Below are positions 1 through 12,900 of a DNA stretch of 64,000 bases, piece after piece. Numbering within the stretch: the first letter of the stretch is position 1; each line of letters begins with the position of its first letter. The translations under genes were made by a program, and so were the position numbers. Below the pieces are notes generated by a model that was given only the letters and a program-made list of their open reading frames with translations, did not search any database and was not told where the DNA came from. The DNA lies in contig OZ076409.1 of assembly GCA_964187785.1 (NCBI GenBank), positions 47,246,001 to 47,310,000 of the forward strand, written 5' to 3'. This DNA comes from Amphiscolops sp. MND2022. Lineage: Eukaryota.

Positions 1-1042
1 CATGTAAAGTTGATGAATTCCCAAATAACATTTGAACTTATGTTCGTTTACGAAACCAGAGTTGGTGGGACATTTATAATATAAATAATAAAATATAAAT
101 GCAATAATCTTTGGACGAATCATTCTTTGGCATGAAAATATAATGAAAATATAATTGCACTCAGACTTTGTATTATTTCGTTTCAAAGTTCTACCCATTC
201 ATTTGAAAAAGAATATTTGAATTGATCTCAATTGAACTCAATGATTGTAATCAAAATGACAAAACTCAACCTAAAGTAAACCGCTAAACTTTTGTGTGCA
301 TGTTCTACCAATGCTCGTATTCAGAAACTTTGATTGTCAGAAAAAATGTCGGGCTGAAGTGAAAGTTATGATCAAAAATCACAACCTTGAAACACTGACA
401 CCCATTATCATGTATTTTCAAAGAGGCTCTCAGTTAGGGGATCACACGGTGTCGCCCATAACAAGACCCACGCCGAGAACGTGGCCTCTAAGGGGTCTCA
501 AAAATCTAAGTTTACAAATTCTAGTACAAAAATATGCTAACTGCCAGAGCTTCGGAAATTTTATTTGGGATCAAATATTTCAAACAAATTGAACCAAAAT
601 CAATGAATTGATAAGAGAAACTTGCAAATTCTTCATCACTTTTTCGCAAGAGCTGAAGCATTAATTTCGGTAATAAGACTTTCATGCCAAGATAGTCTAT
701 TCATCTTCGAAAATTTCACGGGTTCATTTGAAAATAACTCATCTAAAACCATCTAAGGCCTAATCCGCGGTAGTAAAGAAGTTTTTCATATAATTAGAGG
801 TCTATGAAATCAAAATCAATATAATTAGGCATTTTTGTGTTTTCCGTTTTTTCATCATTATTTCTAGTGTGCGTCACATTTTATTGCTTCATTCCAGGCA
901 AAAAATCACAATTAATTGTAAAAGTTTCAGTCAATTGATTGCCATTGACCTGTCTAAATCAATTAATTGCATCCTAATAATTACAGTTGAATAACTGCGA
1001 GTTAAAACTCGGAAGCCCTGCTAACTACACCTTTACAAAATT

Positions 1043-1339
1043 TTAATTGTACAAAATACAATTTACAGGTAATCTACAGTAAGGACATGTAACAACTGCA
1101 CTTGCGAAACTATCTAAATAATGTTTTATACAATCTCTACAGGCTAAATGTAGACTATGTTCTAGATGGAAGCTTTGAAGGTCTTCTACTCTAAAGTTTT
1201 CGAAGCAGATGAGGCAATCTTTTGTGCATTTTATAGCTTGAGGCTTCTTTTTCACCCTCATCGTTGTGACACCTAGAAACTCGAAACTAATAAACATGGT
1301 GCACGGACATACAAAGGATTTGCGACGGGGGTCCTTCAT
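1043..1339 (-). CDS. Small RING-finger protein (or exon)
   Basis: CLIC-x13-HSLH-x2-CRDC-x14-CPYC has RING spacing, with His in place of the third Cys ligand; no intron in the ORF. Confidence 0.6.
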   Translation of the reverse strand: MKDPRRKSFVCPCTMFISFEFLGVTTMRVKKKPQAIKCTKDCLICFENFRVEDLQSFHLEHSLHLACRDCIKHYLDSFASAVVTCPYCRLPVNCILYN

Positions 1340-1708
1340 TTACAGGGTGAGGTGTCACGAAGCAGAATATTCACTAAGCCGAAAAATGAAATTTTGCGAA
1401 AGTGAATTGGTTTCCTCAAGCCTTCGAACAATAAACCTACAATAACTTAAATTATTTATTTTCTTGATTATTCCCTTGGCCATACATTAATGGGAAACAT
1501 ATGTGTTCCATACATTAATGGAAAATAAAATAAACCATTAATGGCCATTATTTAAACATTATTAACCGGTCAAAATTAAAGCATTGTGTGCAAAATACTT
1601 ACAAATTCGTACATCAAATGCGATTTACATTAATTAAACCACGTTCCATTAATTTTTGATAGTCCCTGCGAACCTTACACCCTTGGCTGGAATTAATTAA
1701 CTGAACAT

Positions 1709-1853
1709 CACACCGCGTAGTTAATTCATATAATATTACCTGGAAATCACACCGCGTTGCTATTTCATTGAATATTACTCAAAATCACACCGCGTTGCTA
1801 TTTTATTGAATATTACTCAAAATCACACCGCGTTGCTATTTCATTGAATATTA
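1709..1853. repeat. 38-bp minisatellite (CACACCGCGTTGCTATTTCATTGAATATTACTCAAAAT), left part
   Basis: About 4 tandem copies. The array resumes in the same orientation at 4080-4143 and about 4502-4552, after the inserted elements. Confidence 0.9.
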
Positions 1854-4079
1854 CAGTAGCGTTCTAAAATATCGCAACCTCATTGCATAAAATAGCAAAT
1901 TTCAAATCCAAATATCTCGTAAACTGTCACAAATACGAAAAACTGTCAGCTAGGAAAGTTTCTTAGAATTCTATCTAGTTTACAAAATTGTTTGTTTGAA
2001 TTTTCTACGACCCTTACTGAAAAAGTTAGAATTTTCAATGTTTTGTTTTCATTAGATTAGGACTTCGTCAGCCGAATTTACTGGCTCTAGTTTTACTTCT
2101 TGTCCGCTTCCAAAGCTTCTCTAATATATAATTCATTTTCCTCTCTGCGCGTTTCTCGGTCTACGTTAACTCAAACAATTTAGAGCTTTGTTCTACAGAA
2201 AATGACTGTATATGAAAAAATTAATTGATCATCTAAATACAAAAATATATATGAAAAGGTCAAATCAACAAGTTTCTTCTGTTGAAGCAGTAGTGAAAGA
2301 GTGGCTCGAGAGGGCTTATAATTTCTTCTTTCTGCTGTACTGGATTTGATTTGAGGGGTACTGGTTGTGTTTAGAGCTGAGCCCTAAAAGGCTTAACGTG
2401 AAGATTATTGTTCGGTCTCCAGATGTCATCGAAAATGATCTCTTCATCGTACGTGTTTTTTTGTGTAACTTCGTACTTTGTTTTCCCGTTGGGGTAGAAC
2501 ACTTTGCAGTAGTAGCAAAACCCAACTTTGCGTGGGGTATTCGACTTTCCATGTATTTTAATAACTGCGTTTTCGCTGTTTTGTGAGATGAGTTTATCCA
2601 TTGACCTGGCAAGAGAGGCTGATTGATGGCAGAATGAGAACAGAAGGAGGCGAGAGATTGAATGATGACAAAAAAGAATAGAGACTGGATTGTTTGAGTT
2701 TGTTTGGCAACAATGAAAGAAATGTAATTGAAAGCCAAACTTTTTGGTTAACCCTTATTGGTTGAAATACTGTTTTGATGTCAGAATAAAGTTATAATAA
2801 AGTGTTTGGTTCTAATTATTTAATTGTAAATGGCTTTTACCATGCCGTCTTTTTCGTACTAAAATTTGACGTACTACAATACAGTCAGAATTAAACCTTG
2901 TGTCTTTTTTTCCCTTGCGGTCGCTTGGGGAGGGGGCATTTTGCGCAATTAATGACAAAATACAATTACCTTTGAAAAAGACGGCATGGTAAAAGCCATT
3001 TACAATTAAATAATTAGAACGAAACACTTTAATATAACTTTATCCTGACATCAAAGCAGTATTTCAACCAATAAGGATTAACCAAAAAGTTTGGCTTTCA
3101 ATTACATTTCTTTCATTGTTGCCAAACAAACTCAAACAATCCAGTCTCTATTCTTTTTTGTCATCATTCAATCTCTCGCCTCCTTCTGTTCTCATTCTGC
3201 CATCAATCAGCCTCTCTTGCCAGGTCAATGGATAAACTCATCTCACAAAACAGCGAAAACGCAGTTATTAAATTACATGGAAAGTCGAATACCCCACGCA
3301 AAGTTGGGTTTTGCTACTACTGCAAAGTGTTCTACCCCAACGGGAAAACAAAGTACGAAGTTACACAAAAAAACACGTACGATGAAGAGATCATTTTCGA
3401 TGACATCTGGAGACCGAACAATAATCTTCACGTTAAGCCTTTTAGGGCTCAGCTCTAAACACAACCAGTACCCCTCAAATCAAATCCAGTACAGCAGAAA
3501 GAAGAAATTATAAGCCCTCTCGGGCCACTCTTTCACTACTGCTTCAACAGAAGAAACTTGTTGATTTGACCTTTTCATATATATTTTTGTATTTAGATGA
3601 TCAATTAATTTTTTCATATACAGTCATTTTCTGTACAAAGCTCTAAATTGTTTGAGTTAACGTAGACCGTCCCACCAAGGCCTAGTAAAAAAGGGGGTCT
3701 AGGTCCCACCAACTCTGGTTTCGTAAACGCCGAGAAACGCGCAGAGAGAGGAAAATGAATTATATATTACACAAATATTCGTGTTTTTCAAAAAGAGGGT
3801 ATTAGCCAACAGAGAAGCTTTGGAAGCGGACAAGAAGTAAAACTAGAGCCAGTAAATTCGGCTAACGAAGTCCTAATCTAATGAAAACAAAACATTGAAA
3901 ATTCTAACTTTTTCAGTAAGGGTCGTAGAAATTTCAAACAAACATTTTTGTAAACTAGATAGAATTCTAAGAAACTTTCCTAGCTGACAAATTTTTGTAT
4001 TTGTGACAGTTTACGAGATATTTGGATTTGAAATTTGCTATTTTATGCAATGAGGTTGCGTTATTTTAGAAGGCTACTG
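1854..4079. mobile_element. Non-autonomous foldback DNA transposon with Tc1/mariner-type ends
   Basis: TA|CAGTAGC...GCTACTG|TA. Inverted arms about 1854-2855 and 2974-4079 flank a spacer of about 118 bp. Removing the element and one TA restores the minisatellite unit. No transposase is visible. Confidence 0.85.
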
Positions 4080-4159
4080 TACTCAAAATCACACCGCGTT
4101 GCTATTTCATTGAATATTACTAAAAATCACACCGCGTTGCTATTACAAGTCCGAAAATG

Positions 4160-4500
4160 AATTTGGGTTGCACAAGTCCGAAAAATACTTAGCATATTTG
4201 TTGTATGGCTCGGTCGCTTCGCTCCCTTCGGCAAGTAGCAACATTGAGGCATGGTCATGTGGCACGTTGTTCCGCTTCGCTTCGCTCCTGCATTTAGGGC
4301 ACTAGGAGTATGTGAATATATCTAACTGGGGGAAATTGAAAAATTCATTTTTTCAATCTTTGAACGGACTTCGTTCCTGTTCGACCACGTCAGCCAATCA
4401 GATTGCAGAGAAGTATGTGTGGTAAATCTTGAACGACGCTGGATTTCTGAAATCTTATTGGACGAGAAAATTTTAATTTTATCCTTCGGACTTGTGACCC
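4160..4500. mobile_element. Putative MITE
   Basis: Imperfect TIRs GGGTTGCACAAGTCCGAA / TTCGGACTTGTGACCC; internal CGCTTCGCT hairpin motifs; interrupts the same minisatellite. Confidence 0.5.
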
Positions 4501-5308
4501 GACACCGCTATTTCATTGAATATTACTCAAAATCACACCGCGTTGCTATTTTAATGGAAGTACGTGTACGTTTTGAAATACCATATGTAATAAATGAGCG
4601 AAAGCTGTAGTAAATAAAGCGAACTTTTTTGAAATGTCAATGATTTCAAAATTTGAACTGAAATAGGTTAGAAATGATTAGAATATAGGGATTCCATTCG
4701 TTTATCACCAGGGATGTAAAATATTGTATTTAAATATTTATCTTAAAAAAAATAAATATATTTAATAGTTGCTGACTAACAATGAATATATTAAATATAT
4801 TGCCCAATTTTGTGCGAGGAGAAAATATATTGTTTTTATAACCCTCAATAACTTTAACGAAACTTCCTGAAATGGCTCTTCGCGTATTTCGCGTGAAAGA
4901 TCAAAATTCTACATTTCTTTTAATACTTGCAAACATTAAAATGAATATCAAAATATAATGGCCCAAAACACAAATACATTGGATCAAAAAATAAATAAAT
5001 TGCCTTGTACAAAACCACAAATAACTATATTTTATTTATTCATTGTCAATATATTTAAATACAATATAATTTTTTACATCCCTGTTTATCCCCGGACTAT
5101 GTTATTTGGAAATTCACCATTACAAAATTACGTATTGAATCAAAAATTACGTACTGAATCAAAGACTAACAGATGATGAAAATCAATGATGGATTTCTAA
5201 CACAAAAGTTTCATTTCTAACGTTAGAAACATATTGATAACACTTTTGTTGAAAAAGATTTCTCACTAAGTTCAATGGAAAAATTAACTGATTTCGTGCA
5301 GCATTTTT

Positions 5309-5478
5309 GGATCTTTTCTGTTAATCCCCCCCCACCAGTTTAATTCCCCCCAGTTAAACGGTCAAGTGAAATTATCACTGAATTAATAGGAACAAACAAT
5401 CAAATTGCAGTATTTTATAGCTCTAACTGCAACTGAAACTCATCGCTGACAGTGGTGGGGAATTAACAGAAAAGATCC
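5309..5478. mobile_element. MITE with GG termini and 8-bp TSD (possibly Merlin-like)
   Basis: TIR GGATCTTTTCTGTTAAT...ATTAACAGAAAAGATCC; flanks GCATTTTT / TCATTTTT match at 7 of 8 positions. Confidence 0.65.
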
Positions 5479-5765
5479 TCATTTTTTTAATGGTAACGAC
5501 ATTCGGCCGTAAAGTTTCTCTATGAAATGTTTAAAATGGGAATTTTCCGCAACTGCAAAGTTTGTATTCGATGATAGGAATGTTATTAACGATTAGGTAT
5601 CAAATAAAATAAGAACAAATAGCACAAAATTAGGTTCAATTAAAATAAAAATGAAATTAATTTCGAACAACATAAAAATAAAACCTAATACCAGGTTGAG
5701 TAATCGAACTAACGAAACTTTATTTTTAATTTTCATACTTTTTTGAGTGAATCTTTTGAATTGTG

Positions 5766-5965
5766 NNNNNNNNNNNNNNNNNNNNNNNNNNNNNNNNNNN
5801 NNNNNNNNNNNNNNNNNNNNNNNNNNNNNNNNNNNNNNNNNNNNNNNNNNNNNNNNNNNNNNNNNNNNNNNNNNNNNNNNNNNNNNNNNNNNNNNNNNNN
5901 NNNNNNNNNNNNNNNNNNNNNNNNNNNNNNNNNNNNNNNNNNNNNNNNNNNNNNNNNNNNNNNNN
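5766..5965. other. Assembly gap (200 N)
   Basis: Run of N. Confidence 1.
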
Positions 5966-7019
5966 TGTAATAATTAGAGGTTTTGAATGACTACTGAATT
6001 AATATGAGTTGTTTGGTTCTCTCATGTCTAACAATGTAAATCTGCATAGATGTTGATTTTTGTTGACTTCCTTTCAGATTTTTTTCTGGTCAAATAGGAT
6101 TTTACAATAAAATTTTTCTTGGGAACATGGCTCTCTTGATAAGATCTTACCATGGCAAAATGAGTACCATGGCAAGATCTTGACAAGATCTTAGCCAAGA
6201 TTGTTCTAAGATCTTGACAAGATTTTGGCAAAATCTTAACAAGATATCCATGGAGGGTCAACTAAACCAAAAAGGTTTTTCCTATTGTAACGACCGGCTA
6301 GCGACGCACATCTAGGAAGAGGGACAATGCCTAGGGTGCTTAAACAGGAGACCGTTGTCTTACTACAGCCCTAGGCACTAGTTTTTAATCCCAAAATAGT
6401 CTCCAAGGGGGACTTTTCTATCGTCTAAGGAGGCTTCTCTAGTTAGAGCTCCGAAGCGACGTGCCAGCACTCTCAAAGTCCGGACACGCCCACAAGCCTG
6501 TAAAAACGTATCCTAGGTTCCTAATGCGTTCCTGCTATCTTCTACATACTTCCGAGGCCAAAAAACAGAAGTTTAGCTAAAGTACATCAATTTTGTGAAT
6601 AAGATCTAAAATGGGCAAAACAGGGATCTAATAGATCCTGAACCATCATAAATCTGCAAAATAAAGGGCAATAGCTACCAATGCACTGAAAATGATAAAA
6701 CATGCTGATTTTCATACAGTTTCCAAAGTCTTCGGGCAAACCACCGTCGAGTTGTCGATCTCCTTCGGACCTTCCAGGACATCCTTTGAGGGTATGACAC
6801 AACCTATGGTTTTGTTCTTTTTAGCCTCTTCTGGGTTTCTTCGGGTGTCAGGGACAACAAGGTCTGTCTCTCGGGCTGGGTCTGGCACCGTTCTGCCCTT
6901 TTTTGCTTCCTCTACGGTTTTCGTACCTGCCGGGTCGGCCATCTTGAATGTGCTTGTTTGATGTCGCACTTTTCGAATTTTGATCGAAATTTTCAAAAAC
7001 TTCTGCAACGTCTTTTGCC

Positions 7020-7342
7020 TGACGTTACATATATTTCCGCGTAACATACAATACCGGAAGAGACTAAAGGGTCCCCCCTTTTCAGTTTTTTCGGCATTGT
7101 GTGAGACTTTTTTCGGAATTTTTTCCACCAAAGGCCCCCTTCAATTTTTCGATGTTTTCCAGCAATGGATGTTAAAAAATGCGAAAGGATCCCCCTTTTA
7201 GCGCGCCAGTTCGGTTGTTCAGGTTTTTTGTGAGTTTGATACTCTTTTGTGAGTTTGGTACTTTGAGTTTTTTGACTTTCATGTCCTTCTGCTATTTTTG
7301 AGCATTAGATATGGCACCGACTTACGCCGTTCCCGGCTTGTT
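7020..7342 (-). mobile_element. Partial HINE/DINE-1-like (Helentron-derived) repeat
   Basis: Ends GCACCGACTTACGCCGTTCCCGGCTTGTT, the reverse complement of the family start seen at 38403 and 41832; shares the GGGTCCCCCTTT core. Confidence 0.6.
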
Positions 7343-7809
7343 CGCTCTTCTTTAAGAAACATTTCAAATCTTATTGGATTTTTCAGGACAACTAGTAAGC
7401 TAGAAAACCAACAACATTTACTGAGGGTCCTGAAATAGCAGTTTCAAAGGCGTCTCAACCCAATTCCGCCTCGATAAAGGCCGAATATTTCATTAATTAC
7501 CCAAACGGCTTTCTCCTCGAAACCATAGGATGCTTGAAACTTCTGACAGAATCTCTTCGATCTCAGTTGACGTCTGCTTGTGTCTAACTAGATCGCCTTA
7601 GATACAAATTCATACTTTTTTAGGGTTGATTTAAGCTGTGTTATTTGAGTGTCATAAAACAAACAATAGGTCTGTTTTTTGAAAGACTGAGAAACTAGAA
7701 AACTAACTGAGAAACTGAAAATTTGAACTCCAAACCGCAAATAACCGGAAGTTGCACATCAATTTAAACATTAATAATTTAACTAGTTCCAACTTTTCAT
7801 TTCTTTCAG

Positions 7810-8248
7810 ACCCTCTTCCAAACAACTGGCTGTTGCAACTAACATATTTCTCGGGCTCCGAAAATGACATCATCTCGGAGCTCCAAGGGAAACAAAGTCA
7901 AGAAGATGCTCGAAACTTTGTCAATGACGGTCGTCTAGAAAACTTAACGGATGCTAGTCAGATTTTATTGGTAGTGTACAATCTTCGAGGTGAAATTGAC
8001 GCCCAGTTAATGTTCAGTGGAACCTGTAACTTCGAAACCTGGTTTTCGGGTGAAAACCTAATCAGTTCGTTTCCTTGGAATTTAGAACCACTGACGTCTT
8101 CTGATGCATTCCAAACTCATCAGAAGAGTGGAAAATTGGGGTTGGAAGTAGGAACAAACTTGCTGGGAGATAATTGTGACGACGCAAAGTATCTCAGAGT
8201 CCTCTGTCATGATCCTCCGATGGACTGTGGCGATGGTAACACAGAAAG
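7810..8248 (+). CDS. Exon encoding an uncharacterised Cys/Trp-containing repeat domain
   Basis: Acceptor tttcattctttcag and donor AAG|gtac. Motifs WLLQLTY..GS and FSGTCNFETWFSGENLISSFPW recur in the 14777, 31010 and 31297 ORFs. A probable next exon starts near 8620. Confidence 0.6.
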
Positions 8249-9658
8249 GTACCACACATTTTTTCGAAACTTGTGTTTTTCACTTTCAAACGGATGCAAA
8301 AATTATCTTGTTGCATTAGCGATATAACTCCTTCCCATACTGAATGATCATCGTCTGCTATGATAAAAACAGATTGGTTTCAAATTGATCAGAGTCTGTG
8401 ATCATTATTACTGTATGGTTCTAGATTGATCATTAACTGGTCATACATATTCATGAGATTCAAGCGGACCATAGTCTGAGCCATATAAATCTCACTCTTT
8501 GTGTTGTCTTGGTTTATATAGAGAACATTATATGTTCAACTTGACTCCGTGAAATGTCCATCTAATTGAAAGCAAGAGTCTTAACAATATTCTTCTTCCT
8601 ATAAAATTCTATATTCAGATACCTACATGGTTTTGGGTTCCTACAATTCGGTTGCTATACTCTTCGATTACCGCAGACGCGAAATACTACTTTTGAACAG
8701 TTTCCTGATGCTGTTTTTGCCATGAATAGTTTTACAAGGGTTAGAAAAGCGACTTTAGCTGGTTTCCTTCTAATGAAACTTTTCTTATTGCATCCAATGC
8801 TTTCAGCCTGTGAAATTTTACTATTCGATTATGATACATTTTGGCTCTGGCATTTCATACCTATTGTTAGAACACGGTATCATTCCGGTACGATTTAGAA
8901 ATATATATTCTTTGTCGTTTACGGGATTCGAAACTTTGCTGGAATTGAATTTAAAAACTTTGATCCAAAAAACGAATATTATCCACTACACCATTTACTT
9001 TTCAGTGGCTTAGATTTCTACCAGGCATTGCCGTGATAAAACTTTCAAAAAAAGAAACCGCTGCAACTAGGATTCCCTATCTTCCGAAAAGTAATAATGG
9101 GCCCAAATTTAACCCATGTTTTGCAAATTTTTTACTCAATTGTTACAAAAAGACCTAACCGAGATTAGATTTTGCAGGAGCAAGAACCACTGTTTATTCG
9201 ATCTCTACTAAAGTCACTGAAAGACAGTAGACTTTCAATCAAGATGTTTGCAAAGGTTCCGCAAACGTTCACCGAAGGAATGTTTGTGATTTCGCACGAG
9301 ATTTTGTTAAACATCGAGTGGAACTACCTACTGGAAGGTCTCTACGATTTAACGTTATTTTGTCTTGTAATTTCCGAATAAATCACGATTTCATCTAAAC
9401 AATATTTTTCAACCGAACATGAATTCATGTTGAGCCGGATGATACTCAGTCGGTTTTCATTCGTTTCCGCCAGGATTTTGGGGGGTTTGAATAGCCCTTT
9501 TTCTATTCGGGAAAATTCTCATTTCAGTCCATTGTAAAACCGAATCCGATAGTGAACAGCTTGGGACTTGATTACCTTGTAGGTTGGATTCTTACCCGAT
9601 GATAGGTTTCTTCATTGATTGGAGATTGTTATCTCGACCGATCGAATGCTAGTGTGTA

Positions 9659-9879
9659 CGGCTCTACGACAATTCGGACCAAAATACAAATTCGGACCAA
9701 AGCCAGATTCGGATCAAATACATAAATTCGGACCAAATTACCCCTGTAATTAGCCTGTAACCCTTGGTCCGAATATATAATTTTGGTCCGAATATCTAAA
9801 TTTGCTCCGAATTTATATATTTGGTCCGAATCTGTCTTTGGTCCGAATTTGGCGCGTGGTCCGAATTGTCGCTTCACCG
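9659..9879. mobile_element. MITE (Mutator-like) with TTCGGACCA subterminal repeats
   Basis: CGG...CGACAATTCGGACC / GGTCCGAATTGTCG...CCG; direct flanking repeat GTGTGTA on both sides. Confidence 0.8.
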
Positions 9880-9999
9880 GTGTGTACATTGGCGATACAC
9901 CGTACTTCATTTCAATATTGTTTTGTTCCTATTGTAGTTTGGACTTGAGTTGAATATTGGTTCGTTTTTGTAGTAAACAGCAATTAGTATATTTTTTAG

Positions 10000-12900
10000 C
10001 TGTGAAAACGCATCCACAGTCCAATTGAATTGCTTTGGGTTCTACATTAACGTTGAAAACAAAACCCTCAATATAACTTACCACTGCCGGTGTCCTTACA
10101 ACTTTTCAGAGTCGTCCAGCATCTGTTTTTGTCAATTGCTAAAAAATGACGGCGTGTTATTTACACTTTTATTGTTCAAATTATCTGCTAATCGATTTGA
10201 GTTTCTTCAACCTATGTTGGAAAACGAGTTCTGTTGATAGGCGCTATTTGACAGTTCGAATTTTTACTAGCGTTTAGACATGCTGAACAGTTTTTTTTTG
10301 ACTTTCTGTCTTTATCTGCACGCATATTCGGCCAGAAGATTTCTGCCTCGGTGTTGGACGACCGTACCGCGAACGAAGATGTTGCGGCATTGGTATCCGT
10401 TTGTCTATTTCTCTCCTCGTTTTGTTCTAGCAACCTTTCCATCATAGCTTTCAGCATAGACATTTCTGATTGTAAGTGGCTAAACCTTTCGTCATTTGTC
10501 CTCTGAGGATCTATCTCAGGATCCGATGAACTTTGTCCTGACTGGGCTTGTTCATTTGCATTTTCATTGTTATTTTCCATGTTAACGATTTCTTCTTCGT
10601 GAGTAAGTTTCGTTGAATCTACTGAAGTAGTGCAAGTTAGTGTTTTCCCGTTTCTCAATGTTATTTGGGAATTAGAACTCATATGATGAAGAAGAGATGG
10701 CTATTACGGATAAGAGTTGAATTGTTGCAAAAGCTGGAGTAAGATACGTATAAAGGATAAGTAATACAAGTACTTGTACAAGGTAGCGTTAGTTATCTTC
10801 TGTGTCTCTCAGGTAGCCTTCTACCAGTTCGATGGTAAGACTCAATTCTTACCATCGTTTCGTTCTTTTTGGTTGGTTAGCAAGGTGCTAATTAGCACTT
10901 GGTCACGAGACCGGTTGTACTGCATGTCGCTGGAGGGCTACCAAACTGAAATTGCGCGCTAAATCTATTTAAACCAATTACTATGAATATTTAATGCATT
11001 CAAATTAGTAACTCGTAATAAGCACCGTCTGAGTCACGGCAAGTGTCGAAATTACATCAAACTGGGGTACAATCTAACGGGGGATCGATTAAATCAATTT
11101 CAAACAAATGTGATGTAAAAACGATGAATCAATAGCGCTAAGTTAACTGGAGACACGGGATTCAGTAGTTTTGTCGTTTTGACATTTTTCACTAGTTGAT
11201 TCTGTTTGTGTGGCTGCGGGTGCAGTAATGATGAATGAGCTTCGCTCTAGTGTTAAAGCGATCAACTAGATGTGAAAACGATGAAATGAGTTGTGGGGGA
11301 GAGCACTGCATATAGTTCTGGAGTGGTTACATCACTTTATCATCATTATAGGTGAATTTTGACTATAGATGAGAAAACGATGAAAGATTTCCATCGTTTT
11401 TCCATCGTTCTCGATTTTAGCACTATTTTCAGGTCTTGGAAGCGTGATTTAGCTATAGATGAGGAAACGATGAAAGATTTCCATCGTTTATTCATCGTTA
11501 GTTATTCTAGCACCGTTTTCAGGTTTTGGAAGCGTGAGTGATGCACAAATGATGAAACATATGGCAACAAGTATTCAATCAAGTAGTTTTATCGCTTTTA
11601 CATCGTTTTCCAACTCTCTCGTTTTCTGGCGTTCTGGTCACGGTTAAACGATGTAATATGGATGAAACTTGTTAGATTGAGTTAAATTATGAGTTCTAGC
11701 ACCAATAACATCGTTATTTCATCGTTTCGTGTGTTTCAAAGAGAGGAGGCTTGTCGCGCTGTGGGTTTGCAGGAGTTTCGTGTTTGTTTTCTGCAATTTC
11801 CTTGGTAGATCTTGGATGGCGTTGAGTAATGCGGTCTCCGTTGAGTTGCTTGGTGTGTCTTCGTAATCTTCTTCATCTTCTTCGTCGTGGAAGTAGTTGC
11901 GTTGGTTTCTCTGAGTCCTGTTGACTCCTGTCACCATGTTGGACGACCGTACCGCGAACGAAGATGTTGCGGCATTGGTATCCGTTTGTCTGTTTCTCTC
12001 CTCGTTTTGTTCTAGCAATCTTTCCATCATAGCTTTCAGCATAGACATTTCTGATTGTAAGTGGCTTAACCTTTCGTCATTTGTCCTCTGAGGATCTATC
12101 TCAGGATCCGATGAACTTTGTCCTGACTGGGCTTGTTCATTTGCATTTTCATTGTTTTTTTCCATGTTAACGATTTCTTCTTCGTAAGTAAGTTTCGTTG
12201 AATCTACTGAAGTAGTGCAAGATAGTGTTTTCCCGTTTCTCAATGTTATTTGGGAATTAGAACTCATATGATGAAGAAGAGATGGCTATTGCGGATAAGA
12301 GTTGAATTGTTGCAAAAGCTGGAGTAAGATACGTATAAAGGATAATAATACAAGTACTTGTACAATGTAGCGTTAGTTATCTTCTGTGTCTCTCAGGTAG
12401 CCTTCCACCAGTTCGATGGTAAGACTCAATTCTTACCATCGTTTCGTTCTTTTTGGTTGGTTAGCAAGGTGCTAATTAGCACTTGGTCACGAGACCGGTT
12501 GTACTGCATGTCGCTGGAGGGCTACCAAACTGAAATTGCGCGCTAAATCTATTTAAACCAATTACTATGAATATTTAATGCATTCAAATTAGTAACTCGT
12601 AATAAGCACCGTCTGAGTCACGGCAAGTGTCGAAATTACATCAAACTGGGGTACAATCTAACGAGGGATCGAATAAATCAATTTTAAACAAATGTGATGT
12701 AAAAACGAGGAATCAATAGCGCTAAGTTAACTGGAGACACGGGATTCAGTAGTTTTGTCGTTTTGACATCGTTTTTCACTAGTTGATTCTGTTTGTGTGG
12801 CTGCGGGTGCAGTAATGATGAATGAGCGTCGCTCTAGTGTTAAAGCGATCAACTAGATGTGAAAACGATGAAATGAGTTGTGGGGAGAGCACTGCATATA

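Noticed and set aside
100..800. Possible degraded hAT transposase C-terminus on the minus strand (FPKLWQLA)
   Set aside because: Too many stop codons and too little motif to support without a search.
1709..1853. Regularly spaced repeats resembling a CRISPR array
   Set aside because: Units are contiguous with no unique spacers, there are no cas genes, and the context is eukaryotic; this is a minisatellite.
2316..3513. Mirror 140-aa ORFs as genes
   Set aside because: TTG starts and no recognisable motif; the mirroring is explained by the inverted repeat.
5743..5990. ORFs in the track
   Set aside because: Artefacts of the N gap.
6140..6255. CAAGATCTTG quasi-palindromic repeats as a regulatory array
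   Set aside because: Most likely an internal fragment of a MITE; termini and TSD were not identified.
6712..7131. 139-aa ORF as a gene
   Set aside because: The N-terminal half comes from the HINE repeat and the remainder has no recognisable domain.
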